From Octopus vulgaris (taxonomy: Eukaryota), in NCBI GenBank assembly GCA_951406725.2, contig OX597832.1, positions 55,490,001 through 55,554,000 on the forward strand: DNA of 64,000 bases, read 5' to 3'. A model generated the notes under the pieces. The model worked only from the letters and a program-made list of their open reading frames with translations. It searched no databases and was not told the DNA's origin. The first letter of the stretch is position 1; every line of letters begins with the position of its first letter. Below are positions 62,433 to 64,000 of this stretch, in pieces. The translations under genes and the position numbers were made by a program.

Positions 62433-63103
62433 CTTATATAGCAATCGATGCATATAAATTATATCTAAGCTGACTGGAAATTGGAAAGAATAAAGAAAAA
62501 AATAAAGTTTGCGATAAATATGGACAGTTAAAAAGTAATTTAAAAAAAAAATGTAAAATAGTAGTTCACTTGTGTTTTTCCAGTCGGAAGAGCGCTAGCG
62601 AAAAGATAACGTTGCATAGAATTATTAAAAAGTCGTCTGCAACGGTCAGTTGATTGAATGGAACTATAGACTGAAGGTCAACAGTTGAATACGTAAATCT
62701 GGAAATGTCAGCTCAAGACAATGCATTGGGGGAAAGAGTTATATACATACATACGTACGTACGAACGTATGTATGTACGAACGTATGTACGTACGAACGT
62801 ATGTACGTACGAACGTATGTATATATGTATCTATCGCTAGGCCGACATCAAAATGCGTCTGTCAGGTGTTGGAGGAAGGAGTTGTGAGAGCAGATCGCTA
62901 GCAGCCAATCAGCACTTCGCCACCTTTTAATCTTCCGGTTTTCCAAAATCATTTTTGAAGCAGACCGATGACATTATAGTCGTGTTTTACATGTACGCCT
63001 ACCACTCTATGTACGTGTGCGCATGACTGGCTTCGAAATAAATGGTAATTCCACATGGAATCACATATAACAAACCTATACATACATACATATATATGTA
63101 TAA

Positions 63104-63148
<45 letters not shown>

Positions 63149-63234
63149 CTCCTGCTTCCATTTCCTGAGCGCCTATTAATAATAATACTGTAATTGTTCC
63201 ATTGTTGTTGTTTTTTTGTTTTCCCGTTTGGATT

Positions 63235-63290
<56 letters not shown>

Positions 63291-63889
63291 CATATATATA
63301 TGTATATATATAAATATATGTATATATATATATGTACATACTACATATATATATGTATATACACATGCATATATGCGTACAGGACATAAAAAAAACGTTG
63401 AACACAATGAAAAACGAAAACATAGGAAACGAACTTTTTTCGAACAACGAAAAAAAACAGAGAAACGTGACATGCAACATAAAGAATATCCCCCTTCGTC
63501 AGTTGTCTTTATTTCATCTACTCCGCGTTACGAAGGTAAGGACAATACGCGACTTCGTTGAAACAGTCCTTTCCGCAAAGCAAATTAAATAAAATTTGGG
63601 ATTTATCGCTGATGACGAGAAAATTCTAAATGAATTTACTCAGAAATTGGGACCGATCCGATAATAACGAACTTTTTAGAAAATTTCTATCGGCTAACTT
63701 TCGAGACGCGTGCTTATACTGATAAATTATATGGTTATTGACGATTAAATCTATAGTTCGGCATATTTGGCATGGGAATTTTCTTTTGCCATTGTTTATA
63801 AGTTGTTTATTAAATTTAACCTTTAAAGGTATTTTTTAATATGCTGGCCATTGATAAAATTTTTTCGAAAATTTTTATCTTATATTATA

Positions 63890-64000
63890 CTAGCAGTATC
63901 GCCCGGCGTTGCTCGGGTTTGTAAGGGAAATAACTATATAAGCATTTTTAGAGAGTTATAGCCAAAAAATAGCAAAAAATGCATTAAAAATGGAAAAAAA
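63890..64000 (-). mobile_element. Non-autonomous Helitron 3' end (cut by window edge)
   Basis: Matches the start of 3018-3416 (CTAGCAGTATCGCCCGGCGTTGCTCGGG). Confidence 0.9.

Overview
Eukaryotic, AT-rich, repeat-saturated intronic or intergenic DNA with no intact protein-coding gene. The repeat complement (tRNA-derived CORE- and Meta-type SINEs, very long AT/ATCT/ATAC/TAA/GAA microsatellites) resembles an Octopus (coleoid cephalopod) genome; this is inference from recalled repeat families. Almost all supplied ORFs are microsatellite translations. Real protein remnants are all decayed transposons: two R4/Dong LINE 3' ends, an RTE-X reverse transcriptase piece, a Penelope-like GIY-YIG C-terminus, and mariner and Tc1 transposase fragments. 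The window also holds four non-autonomous Helitrons, two MULE-like MITEs carrying (TTAGGG)n, Tc1/mariner MITEs and dozens of SINE copies. A ~5.65 kb block is duplicated on both sides of a 100-N gap and is probably an assembly artefact. The most notable signal is a set of short, mutually dissimilar modules lodged in (TA)n microsatellites that carry hammerhead ribozyme motifs or long hairpins: one complete type I hammerhead at 26154-26208 and several minimal or degenerate Penelope-type ones. All structures were read by eye; no searches or folding were run, and SINE boundaries are approximate.
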